Shown: positions 1 through 12,231, counted from the first letter of the stretch. The stretch: DNA of 64,000 nucleotides from the human T2T-CHM13v2.0 reference genome, Homo sapiens (GCA_009914755.4 CP068257.2:26112001-26176000); one strand, 5' to 3'. A program made the numbers and translations. The notes: generated by a model not told the origin, from the sequence alone.

Positions 1-342
1 AAGTCCGTTGGTAGAGCAAGTCCATTTTTTAATCACATAATCACTCTATCCTGAATAATATCAGCATATAATTATATACCAGTGTCTTAAACAGTAGAAT
101 ATCTGAGCATATTTTAGATATAATAAACGTATTCCTCAGCCAGAGTCCACCTAAAGATAAAAGTACCCAAATTCCTTCCTTCCCTCCACTATCTACTCAT
201 GTCCCTGTAACTATTCCTGTCTTCCACATGACCCTCCATGATAAACTATTAAGACTTCCAATCAATCGCTGAAATCACCTGCTGGTAACGTTCACTGGCT
301 GAACCCAACCAGATGCCAGAGAACAAGAGAGCGACTGATTTA

Positions 343-344
<2 letters not shown>

Positions 345-373
<29 letters not shown>
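345..373. repeat. Poly-T (T)29 homopolymer, with no recognisable SINE or LINE body next to it
   Basis: Uninterrupted T run seen directly in the sequence. The flanks are not Alu-like. Confidence 0.9.
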
Positions 374-375
<2 letters not shown>

Positions 376-1020
376 ATTTTTCAGTGCTTTATTTACATCA
401 CACACAATAAGTTGTGTATATTTCTCAGAGAGAAAAGTCATGGTGAGTTAGACGATACTTCTCAAATTTTGATGTGAACAATAAACTAGATTAATTTGTC
501 CTGCAGAGATTTTTTTCAGGAGATCTGGAATAAAGTCTGAGTTTCTAAATTTCTAGCAAGCTTACCAATAACACCATGTTTTGGGCTCAAGAAGAATATT
601 GTGCCAAACATCGAATAAGTGGAAGAGCCTGGGTTTTTCCCAGTTTTTCTGACCCGTAAACAAAGACGAGAGCCTTCATTTCCAAAGACAGATATGTGCA
701 AAGAAAATTTAAGTAGGAAGGGAAGCTTCCAGATTAAAGGTGACAGTTTATGCACATTATCTGGTAAATCTCCCTAAGATACTTAATAAAGAAGAGAAAA
801 ACAATTAACCCTATAATAGAAAAATCTGTCAGAAAGCTCTATGGCTGAGTAAATTTAACATCAACTGTACTAGGACAAATCTTTATCATGTGCTGATTTA
901 CACAGAAAAACACAACATCACTGCTCTGATATTGGTCCCCCAAAAAGTAAATTATAAACTAAATTTAATTATAAAGAAACATCAGTTCTATGCAAAGTTC
1001 AAAATACAGATGTCTCCCGT

Positions 1021-1938
1021 GTTCTGTAAATTGTTTAACTTTTATTTTAAGTTCAAAGGTACATATGCAGGATGTACAGGTATTTTACATAGGTAAACCT
1101 GTGTCATGGTGGTTGGTTGCAAAGATTATTTCATCACCCAGGCATTACACCTAGTATCCATTAGTAATTTTTCCCCCTTCTCTCCCTCCTCCCATCCTCT
1201 GCCCTCCGATATGCCCCAGTGTGTGTTATTCCCCTGTATGTGTCCATGTGTTCTCATCATTTAGCTCCCACTTATAACTGAGAACGGCAGTATTTGGTAT
1301 TCTGTTTCTGCATTAGTTTGCTATGGATAATGGCTTCCAGCTCCATCCATGTTCCTGTAAACGACATTATCTCATCATATTTTATGGCTGCATAGTAGTC
1401 CGTGGTACCATATTTTCTTTATCCAGTCTATCATTGATGGGTATTTGGATTGACTGATGTCTTTGTTATTGTGAATAATGCTACAATAAACATATGTGTG
1501 CATGAGTCTTTATAATAGAACAATTTGTATTCCTTTGGGTATCTACTCAACAATGGGATTGTTGGGTTGAATGGTAGTTCAGTCTTTAAGGACTCACCAC
1601 ACTCTTCCACAATGATTGAACTAATTTACACTCCCACCAACAGTGTAAAACAATTCCTTTTTCTCCACAACCTAACCAGCATCTGTTATTCTTTGACTTT
1701 TTAAATAATAGCCATTCTTTTGTGAGATAGTATCTCATTGTGATTTTGATTTGCATTTCTCTAATGATCAGTTATTTTGAGCTTTTCTCATGATTGTTTG
1801 CCGCATGTGGATCTTTTTTTGAGAAATGTCTGTTTATGTCCCTTGCCCTCATTTTAATGGAATTGTTTTTTTTCTTCCTTGTAAATTGGTTTAAATTCCT
1901 TATAGGTGCTGGATATTAGACCTTCGTCAGACACATAG
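1021..1938 (-). mobile_element. L1 (LINE-1) 3' portion: ORF2 C-terminus and 3' UTR, minus orientation. This is the direct arm of a twin-primed L1.
   Basis: The reverse complement reads the canonical L1 3' end (motifs ...ctatgcagccataaaa..., ...gtgggagctaaatgatgagaacacatggacaca..., ...acctgtacatcctgcatatgtacc...). It joins the plus-oriented L1 segment at ~1938. Confidence 0.85.
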
Positions 1939-2087
1939 ACCAGTGGAACAGAATAGAGAACCCAGAAATTAGATCACTCATCTTCAACCATCCAATCTTC
2001 GACAAACCTGACAAAAAGCAATGGGGAAAGGACTCCCTGTTCAATAAATGGTGCTGGGAGAAATGGCTGGCCATATTGTGTCTAGAA
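1939..2087 (+). mobile_element. L1 ORF2 segment, plus orientation. This is the inverted arm of the same twin-primed L1, part 1, interrupted by LTR12.
   Basis: Reads accagtggaacagaatagagaacccagaaat...caatggggaaaggactccctgttcaataaatggtgctgggagaaatggctggccata, the canonical L1 ORF2 near-3' sequence. Confidence 0.85.
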
Positions 2088-2685
2088 TTTATTCCTTCCA
2101 GTGGGTTCTTGGTCTCGCTGGCTTCAAGAATGGAGCCGCAGACCTTTGCAGTGAGTGTTACAGCTCATAAAGGTGTTGCAGACCCAAAGAGTGAGCAGCA
2201 GCAAGATTTACTGTGAAGAGCGAAAGAACAAAGCTTCCACAGCATGGAAGGGCACTTGCCGCTGCTGGCTCAGGTGGCCAGCTTTTATTCCCTTATTTGG
2301 CCCCACCCACATCCTGCTGACTGGTCCATTTTACAGAGCCCTGATTGGTCCATTTTACAGAGTGCTGATTGGTGTGTTTACAATCCTTTATCTAGACACT
2401 GAGCACTGATTGGTGCGTTTTTACAGAGGGCTGATCAGTGCGTTTATTTTCCTTTAGCTAGACACAGAGCGCTGATTGGTGCGTTTTTACAGAGTGCTGA
2501 TTGGTGCATTGACAATCCTTTAGCTAGACACAGAGTGCTGATTGGTGCATTTTTACAGAGTGCTGATTGGTGCATTTACAATCCTTGAGCTAGACACAGA
2601 GCGCTGATTGCGTTTACAATCCTCTAGCTAGATAGAAAAGTTCTCCAAGTCCCCACTTGACCCAGGAAGTCCAGCTGGCTTCACT
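2088..2685 (-). mobile_element. LTR12-family (ERV9) solo LTR on the minus strand, nested inside the L1
   Basis: The reverse complement matches LTR12: ...gcaataaatcttgctgctgctcactctttgggtc..., ggaataaaagctggccac, and about 10 tandem ~20-40 bp units carrying ctgattggtgcrttt (CCAAT on the sense strand). L1 sequence resumes at 2686, continuing the L1 that was interrupted at 2087. Confidence 0.75.
2330..2640 (-). promoter_or_regulatory. LTR12 U3 tandem-repeat block with about 10 CCAAT (NF-Y-type) boxes plus a GATA motif and a CCACC motif (cccacccac, plus strand)
   Basis: ATTGG recurs about every 20-40 bp on the plus strand. The ERV9/LTR12 U3 repeats are known NF-Y-bound enhancer-promoter units. 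The TATA-like ggaataaaag lies at ~2273-2291 on the minus strand. Confidence 0.6.
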
Positions 2686-2990
2686 TCTCAATATGTAGAA
2701 AATTGAAACTGGACCCCTTCCTTACACCACATACAAATATTAAATCAAAAGAGATTAAAAACCTAAATGTAAAACTCAAAACTAAGAAAACCTTGAAAGA
2801 CAGCTGAGGCAATACCATTCGGGACATAGGCCATGAGCAAAGATTTCATGAGAAAAATGCCAAAGGCAACTGCAAGAAAACAAAAAATTGACAAATGGGA
2901 CCTAACTAAACTGAAGAACTCTGCACAGCAAAAGAAACTGTCTGCAGAGTAAACAGACCACCTACAGAATGGGAGAAAATGTTTGCACTG
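2686..2990 (+). mobile_element. L1 ORF2 segment, plus orientation. This is the inverted arm of the twin-primed L1, part 2.
   Basis: Reads atatgtagaaaattgaaactggaccccttccttacaccacatac...acagaatgggagaaaatgtttgca, continuing L1 ORF2 from where it was interrupted at 2087. Confidence 0.85.
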
Positions 2991-4528
2991 ATTTACTTTC
3001 ACAAAGTCAGTTTGTGAAAGAAAAAGAGAACAAGTGGAATTTGAAAGGCAATGGCTAATTTCTTATGCATCAGTGAAGACGTTGGAATCCAATAGAGTTG
3101 AGTGCAAAGGTGAGCACACTGCTTTCTTGCTGTGTAACTTTGAATAATTAACATAAACGTTTAAGTAGATTTTCTTATACCAGTACTCATCACTTAGGAT
3201 TGTGATCAGGATGGAAGTATTATGGTCTAAAAGTTCCACATACAACAATACCTGGCATATAATATTTAACAAGTGATAATATACTTATCTTCTCATTTGA
3301 ATGAATAACTTTTAACCTTGAAATATAAAGGAATTTGCTAGGTCACACTGACTAATTACAAAGGTTAAATTGATTAAAGTTTCTGTACTTAGGTTTGCCT
3401 GATAAAATATTTAAAAACTATGTATTTTGGTTTAATAAGCCTGGCTACTGTAGCTGTACTTCAGAGAATTTTATAAAATGTTTCAGAAAGAAGAATGAAT
3501 TTTTATGTTACCAAATCCATACATACAACACTAGGCACTGGGTGACTGCCTCCATCACAATGCTTAGAATATATTATCCCATAATCAGAGTTCTTTTATA
3601 TAAGGATGATAGGAAAATAATTGACAAATGCATTTAAATCAATCTAAAAATGTTGGAGGAATAAGAATTCACTAAGTTTATATCAATGCTTATAGAATGA
3701 AAATCAACCATTATAAAAGCATTTATTTGTTGTATCTTTTATTTTAAAAGCAATTCATTATAGCTAGACCTAACTAATAAGCAAACTATGTTGCAACTAG
3801 GATCAGAATCAACATTGAGCCTAGTCAGTGAAAAGGCACATGAAAATTAAATTTATCAAGAAAAAGTTTGCTTTGCAATGTACTACATAACTGTGTTCAA
3901 CTTAGAAAATCATTTGTAAGAAACAGCAGATATTTGCCTCGACTTCAGAATATGATCCTTAAAAATGAAATCTGAAACATTTTACATTGCATCCTTGATT
4001 TCTGAAATAAATATAATTCAGGATACAACTGTCTTCCCATAAGAATTACTTTCTTAACTTTAACCATAAATTAAAGTGACCAAAGATTGTATGAATCGTA
4101 TAGCATCGAGATAATGAATAAAATCTTCAACTCTAAGTTGCAAGAAGATGCAAAATATTTTTTTTCCTCTAAGGAGAAGCTGATCACTTACCTTCTGGCT
4201 TCTTCTTAATATATTCACATATATTAATTAGCATCAATTTTGAAAATCAAAGTAAATATTTATTTACTATGTGGATGATGGGAATATGAAAACCACAAAG
4301 GCTCACCATTACTCTGGCCAATATTCTTATAGTCAATAAACATATTTCCTTGAGAAAACTACAATGGTTACCCCTATTCAAGGAGGAACTATAGAATTTT
4401 GAGATATAATGGAAGTTGTAGAGTAGTATTTCATTGAGTAAAGATATCTTCAAGGGGCAATAATAAGAGAAGCTTATAACATACAAAATAATGATGATGT
4501 AGCAACTGAGAAAACTCCTTTAATACTC

Positions 4529-4700
4529 TGATATTTCTTCCCCCCTTCCTCCCTGCTGCTCTTCTCATTTCTTCATTTTTCATGCATCATTCTTACATTC
4601 TCCTTCTGCATCTGCCTTCTTTTCTCTTCCTCTGTGGTTCTGCATGATGTTTCTATTTTCCCTCTTTATATGGCTTACGTATGTTTTGGATGTCTCTTCT
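4529..4700. repeat. Polypyrimidine (CT-rich) low-complexity tract
   Basis: The plus strand is almost all C and T for ~170 bp. Confidence 0.7.
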
Positions 4701-5311
4701 TTCTGTTCACATCACGTGTATTTGATTTTCAAAGCCAAATCCAAATAGTAGTATCCTTTTTCTTCTAAATTGAAATAGTGCTTACATGTCCAGACCATTT
4801 CAACCCACCTTTTACATTATCATATACCTATCAGAGGCATATATCAGGCTCTCCATCAACTTAGACATTTTTGTGTATACATTCTACAGCTATAGGTATG
4901 CAAACACTTCAAAAATATAACTAATCATTGAATTCTGCACAACCCTTAAGCACTTATATTGATTAAAATAAATTTTTGAATAAACAGTTTTGTTCCGAAC
5001 TACAATTTACAAGTTTCAGAGATTGCAATTAATTTTGCAATTAAATTACTCTTGATTTACACTTACTTTTATTATTTATTACATTGATACATTAGGCTTG
5101 CACACATTTATGGGGTACATATGAAATTTTGTTACATGTGTAGAATATGTAGTGACCAAGGCAGGATATTTAGGGTATCCATCAGTCTTAGTATTTACAA
5201 TTGCTATGTTTTTGAAAGATTTCATGTCCTCTCTTCTTGGTATTTTGAAACATACAATTCACTGTTCATGTATAAACTATAGTCAGGGTATTTACTTGCC
5301 TGTGTGTACTT

Positions 5312-6640
5312 GTCTGGTTTTTGTATCAGGATAACGCTGACCTCAGAGAATAAGCTAGAAAGAATTTTCTCCTCTTCAGTTTTTTGTAATAGTTTGAGTA
5401 TAATTGGTATTGATTTTTATACATTTGGTAGAATTTGACAGTGAAGCCATCTGCTTGGGGCTTTTCTTTCTTGGGAGACTTTTTATTACTGATTCAATCT
5501 TGCTACTTGTTATTGGTCTGTTCAGCTTTTCTATTTCTTCTTGAATCAATCTGAGTAGGTTGTGTATGTACTGGAATTTATCCATTTGCTCTGGGTTGTT
5601 CAGTCTTTTTTAACACGTAGTTATTCATAACAGTCTCCAGTGATCTTTTGCATTTCTGTGGTATCAGTTGTAATGTCCCGGTTAGTATTTCTGATTTTGT
5701 TTATTTGGGTCTTATATCTTTTTTGATTGGTTAGTCTAGCTAGCAGTTCATTGATTTTATCTCTTTTAAAAGTCAACTTTTTATTGCACTGATCTTTTGT
5801 ATTGGTTTTTTAGTCTTTATTTCATTTAGTTCTGCTCTGATCTTTATTATGTCTTTCCTTCTACTAATTGTGGTTTTGGTTTTTTCTTCCTTTTTTAGTT
5901 TCCTGAGGTGCATTGTTAGATTGTTTATTTGAAATCTTCCTACTTTTTGATGTAGGCATTTATTGCTATAAACTTCACTCTTAGCACTGTTTTTGCTGTA
6001 TGCTATAGGTTTGGGCATACTGGGTTTCCATTTTTTATTTGCTTTAAGAATTTTTTAAAAAAATTTTCATCTTAATTTCTTCTTTGACCCAACGGTTGTT
6101 TAAAGCATGTTTAGTTTCCATGTATCTGTATAGTTTTCAATGTTCCTCTTGGCATTGATTTCTAGTTTTATTCCAATGTGGTTTGAGAAAATACTTGATA
6201 TGATTTTGATTTTTTAAAGTTTGTTGATACTTTTATGTGGTCTAACATATGGTTTATTCTGGAGAATATTCCATATGCTGATGAGAGGAATGTGTATTCT
6301 GCGGTTATTGGCTAAAATGTTTTTGAAATGTCTGTTAGGTCTATTTGGTCTATAGTACTGTTTAAGTCTGATGTTTTCTTGTTAATTTTTGTCTAAGTTA
6401 TTTGTTTAATGCTGGGAGTCTGGTATTGAAGTTCCCAATTATTATTGTATCAGACTCTAGCTCTCCCTTTAGATAGGAATATTTGCTTTATTTATCTGAG
6501 TGCTTCAGTGCCAGTTGCATATATGTTTAAGACTGTTATAGCCCCTTGTGGAATGAATCGCTTTATCATTATATAATAACCTTTTTGTTTATTTTTACTG
6601 TTTTTAGCTTAAAGTCTGTTTTATTTGATATAAGTATAGC
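5312..6640 (-). mobile_element. Old L1 (L1M/L1PB-like) ORF2 fragment (endonuclease to 5' reverse-transcriptase region), minus orientation, truncated at both ends
   Basis: Minus-strand ORFs at 5376-5585 and 5773-6018 translate to L1 ORF2-like peptides (...RKDIIKIRAELNEIKTKKPIQKI..., ...SVIKSLPRKKSPKQMASLSNSTKCIKINTNYTQTITKN). The nucleotide motif ctgaggtcagcgttatcctgatacaaaaaccagacaag matches L1 ORF2. Confidence 0.8.
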
Positions 6641-6645
6641 CTCTC

Positions 6646-7018
6646 TGATATGGTTTGGCTCTGTGTCCCCACCCAAATATCATCATGAATTGTAATTCTT
6701 ATAATCCTGAAGTGATGTGGGAGGGACCCAGTGGAAGGTAATTTAATCATGGGGGCCGGTTACCCTCATACTGTTCTCATGATAGTGAGTTCTCACAATA
6801 CCTGATGATTTTACAAGGGGCTTTTTCCCCTTTGGTTTGGCACTTTTCCTTCCTGCATCCATGTGAAACAGGATGTGTTCACTTCCCTTTCCACCATGAT
6901 GGTAAGTTTCCTGAGGCCTCCCCAGCCCTGCAGAACTGTGAGTCAATTAAACCTCTTTTCTTTCTAAATTACCCAGTCTTGGGCAGTTCTTTATAGCAGT
7001 GTGAGAATGGATTAATGC
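6646..7018 (+). mobile_element. MaLR solo LTR of THE1/MST type, plus orientation
   Basis: Starts tgatatggtttggctctgtgtccccacccaaat...gtgggagggacccagtgg...catgggggc and ends ...aattacccagtcttgg...agcagtgtgagaatggattaatgca. This is the THE1/MST consensus architecture. Confidence 0.75.
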
Positions 7019-8152
7019 ACTCTCCGTTCATATTAATAGCCTTGTGCCTTAACTACTATTACTCTACATCATGGACCCTATGGTTCTGCCATGCCCCCGT
7101 GAGGAACTAGGGCAACATAGATGAGCTGTGCAACTCTATTGTTTTTCTTTACTCACTCTCTCTTTACACATGTATTCTATGCAATTCTTGTTTCCTGGTT
7201 TAGTAATAAATCAAATTTCAAGTGAAATAAGTCTAATTATTAGTCATGCCAGCTGGCAGACCCAAACATTCTTTGACTGAGTCCAGACCAGCCCTTTGCA
7301 ATTCATTTTAACTAATAGCACTGCTTCGTGTTGTATTTGTTTTATATTACAACTAATAATATCTATGTTCATTGGCTTTTAATTTTATTATAAGGAACCT
7401 CATAATTTAGAAATAATTTGAGAAAAATACTAAGAAGCATATCTCCAGGACTAATATTTTGCAAAAGACAAATCCTGTAACTACAACTCTCTATCAGACT
7501 TTCCTACTTTCATGTCCAACGTAAGTTAGAAAATAGACTCACATTCAAAATTGTCCTGTATGTTTCTATTCCTTTTCTTCCTCCAGCTTCATATTTTTTT
7601 CTCAACATTTTAAATTTTAGGTACTTAAATTCTCCCTCATCTTTGATCACCATAGAATTTTATAAAGTTGGTGGATCATAGAGATAATATAGTCCAAGCT
7701 AAAGTCCATAAATATCCTGCATTTACATATTGAATTTTTAGCTTTACAATGTCTACATTAATAACAGATTCTATAGTTTGCTTTTCCATTCCAGTTCTGC
7801 TACTATCATAAGAAAATGGCTTTATTTCCTCATACATACCTATTATTGTAATGACCTCTAATTAATGAAGCTTCTCGTTTCCCTTTTAGTGATGAGAATA
7901 AAGTGATATTAATATTTTCCTCATGTATGTTTGTTATATGGCTTATCAATTTTTACAAACTTAAATTTAAAATTATCTTAAAAGAATTGCTGGTATGCAA
8001 TCTTGTTTCTTATATGGGAATATGAAGTGATGATTATGAAGGACCTAGCTGGAAACATTCATTAGTTGACATGTAAAATATAATTTGAATACTTAGTAGA
8101 ACAAGGTTTTAGTTAGCTGGCCGCCGCTCACCAGGAGTATAAAGTTATTGCT

Positions 8153-8509
8153 GTGGTCTGAATGTTTGTATCCCTTCAAAATTTCTATGTTAAAACCTAA
8201 TCACCAATGTGATGGTGCTAAGGAGCAGCACCTTTGGAAGGTGATGGGGTTATGTAGAGAAAGTCCCCATTAATGAGACTATGGTCCTTATCAAAGAGAA
8301 CCCAGGCACTGCCTTTTCTTTTTCACTATTTAAAGACATGGGGAGAAGGCACTATCTATGCACCAGAAAGAGGGCCCTCCCCAGACACCGAATCTGCTTA
8401 CACCTTGGTCTTAGACTTCCAAGCTTTCAGAACTATGAGAAATAGATTTTTGTTGTTATAAGCTACCCAGTCTATGGCATTTTGTTATAGCAACCCAAAT
8501 AGACTAAAG
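8153..8509 (+). mobile_element. MaLR solo LTR (MST/MLT-like), plus orientation
   Basis: tgtttgtatcccttcaaaatttctatgttaaaacctaatcaccaatgtgatggtgctaagg...cagacaccgaatctgc...tccaagctttcagaactatgagaaatagatttttgttgttataagctacccagtctatggcattttgttatagcaacccaaatagactaa is typical MaLR LTR sequence. Confidence 0.7.
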
Positions 8510-9552
8510 TAGTTATTATAAAATAGGTTGTAAGATAAATATGAATGTGATACAGAGTGGAGTACCCCATTAACAAAATCCAGGCAATAAACAGGAGTGA
8601 AATATGTTATTGGAAAGAGAACATTAGATAAACAGGCAAAGGCTGAACATGAAAAGAGTCTGAGTTTGTTCACTAGCATGTCAATTAGAAGTGCAGTAGG
8701 AAAATTGTTTAAAATCATGCCAACAATATAACCAACCAGTAACTACAAGCAAGTCCTCCTCATTATTTCATTCAGTCTTGCTTATTCCAAAGAATCTTGG
8801 GTCTGCCGTCTGCTCTCATCAAGTACATTTGCTTCCAGACTTGAGAGTCTTAGAATTTGTAATGCAGCCTACCATGGCAGCCTGAAAGTTTTCTAAGCCA
8901 TATCATTATGAAAGTCTGTGCCCAAAGAGTCTGTTTTATTAAGCACAATTACTGGGCAACTAAATAATTTCTAACTAGTCTGAGCAGTGTAACATTGATT
9001 ACTAAGAATAATTTTAATCTTATTTACTTTTGCTTCTAATTCTTCTATGCTATATGATGGTTCAAGTTTGTGACCATGTGAATGAACATGTTAAATTTGT
9101 CACACTAAGGTATAATGGGGTGTGTGCTTAAAGGAAATTGTTTTAGGTGTTCTTGTGTAGACTATACACTTTTGTACTTATTTGTTCCTCTTCCATGAAA
9201 TATATTTGTCAAGTGGGAAGAAAATTCCAATTTACATAAAACTTCATTAAGCCTGGGACTCTAACTCAATAATAAATACGGAACTGAACTGAGTACTTTA
9301 CTCTAGATGATTAGTTATTAAGCATTAGCACATATCAGATCCATCTGGAGGGCTCGTTAAAATACAAACTGCTGAGATTCATCCTCAGAGTTTTTGATTC
9401 AGTAGGTCTTGACATGCAATTTTGCATTTCTCTTAAGTTTACACAGTAAAGCTAAAATTGCTGGTTCAAGGCCCACACTTTTATAACTGTTGCACTTTTT
9501 GCCTTTTATAATATCCAAGTGGCCTCTTGATGCAATGATAGAGGCAGGAGTC

Positions 9553-10032
9553 TGAGAAATTCTAGGCAGACAGGGGCAGGTCCCTGGCAAAATCCCATCC
9601 CTGAGTCAAAAAGCCTGAAACCCAATGGCCCGAAGTGAGAACTTCCATCCCTGTGTACCCGCTCTCTCCCGATTGGTTCTTTCTGAATAGAATATTTTTA
9701 CCAATTGAATGTTGCTTTTTCCATAACCACCTACAGCCCACCCTGCCCCAATTCTGTGCCTATAAAGACCTCAGGCTCAGCCAGCAGAGAGGAAAAGTGG
9801 CTGGATGTTGAGAGAGGCAGTTTGACTCCAGAGATGGCAGCTGGATGTCGGAAAGCAGCAACTTGACTTCACAAGAGAGAGGCAGAGGTGACTTAATATC
9901 AGAGGAGAGCAACCTGCCCTTCCCATCCCCTTTCCATCTCCCCTCTTGCTGAGAGCCGCTCTCGTCACGCAATAAAATTCACCACATTCACCATCCTTCA
10001 ATTTATATTTGCGACCTCATTCCTCTTGGGCA
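9553..10032 (+). mobile_element. ERV (class I-like) LTR. Candidate U3-R-U5 structure with CCAAT boxes, TATA and a poly-A signal. Family not assigned.
   Basis: Begins TG and ends CA. ATTGG at 9672-9676, CCAAT at 9701-9705, tataaag at 9761-9767 and aataaa at 9971-9976 about 210 bp downstream. The layout is LTR-like. Confidence 0.5.
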
Positions 10033-10690
10033 CCGGACAAGAATTTGGGATGCACCAAGTGTGGACACCCACAAAGGCTGTCACAGTGGCCCTTTGCCAT
10101 TGCCAGCAGAGGGCAGCTGCCCCATGCAATAAGCCAAAGGGCTGGCTGAGCTGATAACACACTGCTTTCTGTGGATGGCGGCGGAGCTAAAAGAGTATTG
10201 TAACATGCCCTCTGGGGCCTTGGGGAACCCCACCTGGATCCTGCCAAGAGGCCTGCATGAAGTTTGCTCCTGCCAGCACTAAAGCAGCCAGTTTTTTCCT
10301 GCACTCACTCACCTGCACACTTCCTCCTGCGATGGGTGGGACACAGTCAACCTGAGTGAGCAGAGTTTGCTCATGCAGGCACCTAAATTGCTGGCAAGTT
10401 CCTGAGCTCATTCGCTTCAATTCCCGTACTCATTTGCATGGGTGCTCCCTCCCACAAGGGGTTGAACAGGACAGGTTGAGTAAATGGTGCACCCCTCTTT
10501 TGAGTCCCACCAAGGGTCAAGAAAATATCCTGCATCACTTTGTCAACTTATGCCACTTAAAGGACATGCTGCCTACTTTAGACTTATTTACAAGTTTGCA
10601 TAATTTTTAGACATAGACAACGCCGTTTATCTCTGCAATTACTATCAATTCTAACCTAGGAAGCACCAAGTTAATGGCAATAAAAAAAAA
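10033..10690 (+). other. Unclassified, moderately GC-rich segment after the LTR, ending in (A)11. Possibly ERV-internal or a retroposed fragment.
   Basis: Its composition differs from the AT-rich surroundings. It ends ggcaataaaaaaaaaaag at ~10676-10690. No ORF longer than 95 aa and no recognisable protein motif. Confidence 0.3.
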
Positions 10691-11147
10691 AAGAATAAAC
10701 AACTGTTTCCAGCAACAAGGTGACTGTACCAGTAATTAATTTATTGCCTTCCAGAGGCAAATTCACTATTGCCTGTTCTGAGAAAAAGAATCTGGGCCCT
10801 TCAAATAGCTGCCAGAATGTAAAAACTTGCCAGCAGATGGTGGTGGAGAGATGCTGGAGGTGGAAGGGATTTCATCCCAGGTCTGGTATGCTCCCTCATC
10901 AGGCTCTCACAGTGGAACACACCTTCTCCAACACCTGGCTCCTGTTCAGCAGCACCCAGAGACCATCAGCTTCCTTTTGCACTCCTTTCAGATAATTTAG
11001 CAGTTGAGTCTCTCTGGAAAAATCAATAGCTTTCCATGACACCCCAGAGGATGAATCTCCTGCCTGCCCAAAAGGCATATTTTCAGCAATTTCTTCCAGT
11101 ACAGCCCCACTGCAACTACTCTGCCACCCAGTGAGAGCCACATTCTC

Positions 11148-11385
11148 TTTTCTTTTTTTTCTTTTTTTTAATTTTTGATTTCCAACTTTTAAGCTCAAGG
11201 GAACATGTTCAGGATATAGAGTGTGCAGTTTGGTACATAGGTAAACATGTGCTTTGTGGTTTGCTGCACAGATCATCCCATCACCTAGGTATTAAGCCCA
11301 GCATCCATTAGCTGTTCTTCCTGATGCTCTCCCTCCTCCCATGCCCCACCCTCCAACAGGCCCTAGTCTGTGTTGTTCTCTCCCC
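11148..11385 (-). mobile_element. L1 3' terminus with poly-A, minus orientation. This is the direct arm of a twin-primed L1.
   Basis: A poly-T run at 11149-11170, then the reverse complement of the L1 3' end (..cagcaaaccacaaagcacatgtttacctatgtacc..ctaggtgatgggatgatctgtgcagc..). It is flanked by a ~15 bp target-site duplication gtgag(a)gccacattct (11131-11147 and 11780-11794). Confidence 0.85.
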
Positions 11386-11409
11386 GGCAATTGGCAATTC
11401 CTCAAAGAC

Positions 11410-11775
11410 TTAGAGGCAGAAATACCATTTGACCCAGCAATCCCATTATTGGGTATATACCCAAAGGAATATAAATCATTCAATCAGGAACATATACGCA
11501 TGTGTACGTTCACTGCAGCACTATTCACAATAGCAAAGACATGGAATCAACCTAAATGTCCATCAATGATAGACTGGATAAAGAAAATATGGTACATACA
11601 CACCATGGAATACTATGCAGTCACAAAAAGGAATGAGATCATGTCTTTTGTAGGGACATGGATGGGGCTGGAAGTCATTATCCTCAGAAAACTAATGCAG
11701 GAACAGAAAAACCAAACAGTGCATGTTCTCACTTATATGTGGGAGCTGAGTGTTGAGAACACATGGACACATGGT
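11410..11775 (+). mobile_element. L1 ORF2 C-terminal / 3' UTR segment, plus orientation. This is the inverted arm of the same twin-primed L1.
   Basis: ctagaggcagaaataccatttgacccagcaatcccattattgggtatatacccaaagga...atgttctcacttatatgtgggagctgagtgttgagaacacatggacacatgg. It is adjacent in L1 coordinates to the minus arm. The 154-aa ORF at 11341-11805 is this L1 remnant. Confidence 0.85.
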
Positions 11776-12231
11776 AGTGAGCCACATTCTTACCCTTTCC
11801 AATAAGGCTTGAATCTCATCTTGGTAGGGAGGGAGCAGTCTTACTGGATGCTGTATTTCAGCACCAGGGATTGGAGAACACTCCCTCACTTTTGCATCAG
11901 CTAATCCTGTACTCTATAAAATTCTTTTCATTTATTACAATCCTATTCCTCCATACACAAATCTCCTGTTAAAATTAATAACTTTTATATCAAACTTCCT
12001 CTGTTCACATTACTGTGTTGGTTTCTCCCTCCTGATTGGATCACAACTGATACAATTGGGTTAAATACTTTTTCATAAAATAAATTATTAAATCCATTCC
12101 TTTAGTGTGTAAGTATTTAGAGTTTACAAATTACTGAGATTTAATTCTACAAATTATACATATTTACAATCTAGGTGAAGGCACTCAAGAGATATTTAAA
12201 CATTTCCCCTCTAAGACATCAGTTTAAAGAA

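Noticed and set aside
345-373. (T)29 tract considered as the tail of a minus-strand Alu or L1
   Set aside because: The adjacent sequence on either side does not match the Alu or L1 3' ends, so it is recorded only as a homopolymer.
2330-2640. Regular ~20-40 bp tandem repeats that superficially resemble a CRISPR-like array
   Set aside because: These are the U3 CCAAT-box repeats of an LTR12/ERV9 LTR in primate DNA. The spacing is irregular, the spacers are not unique, and the sequence is eukaryotic.
10899-11276. 125-aa minus-strand ORF
   Set aside because: It spans unassigned sequence plus the reverse complement of an L1 3' UTR and poly-A. It has no motif content or coding-like composition, so it is a chance ORF.
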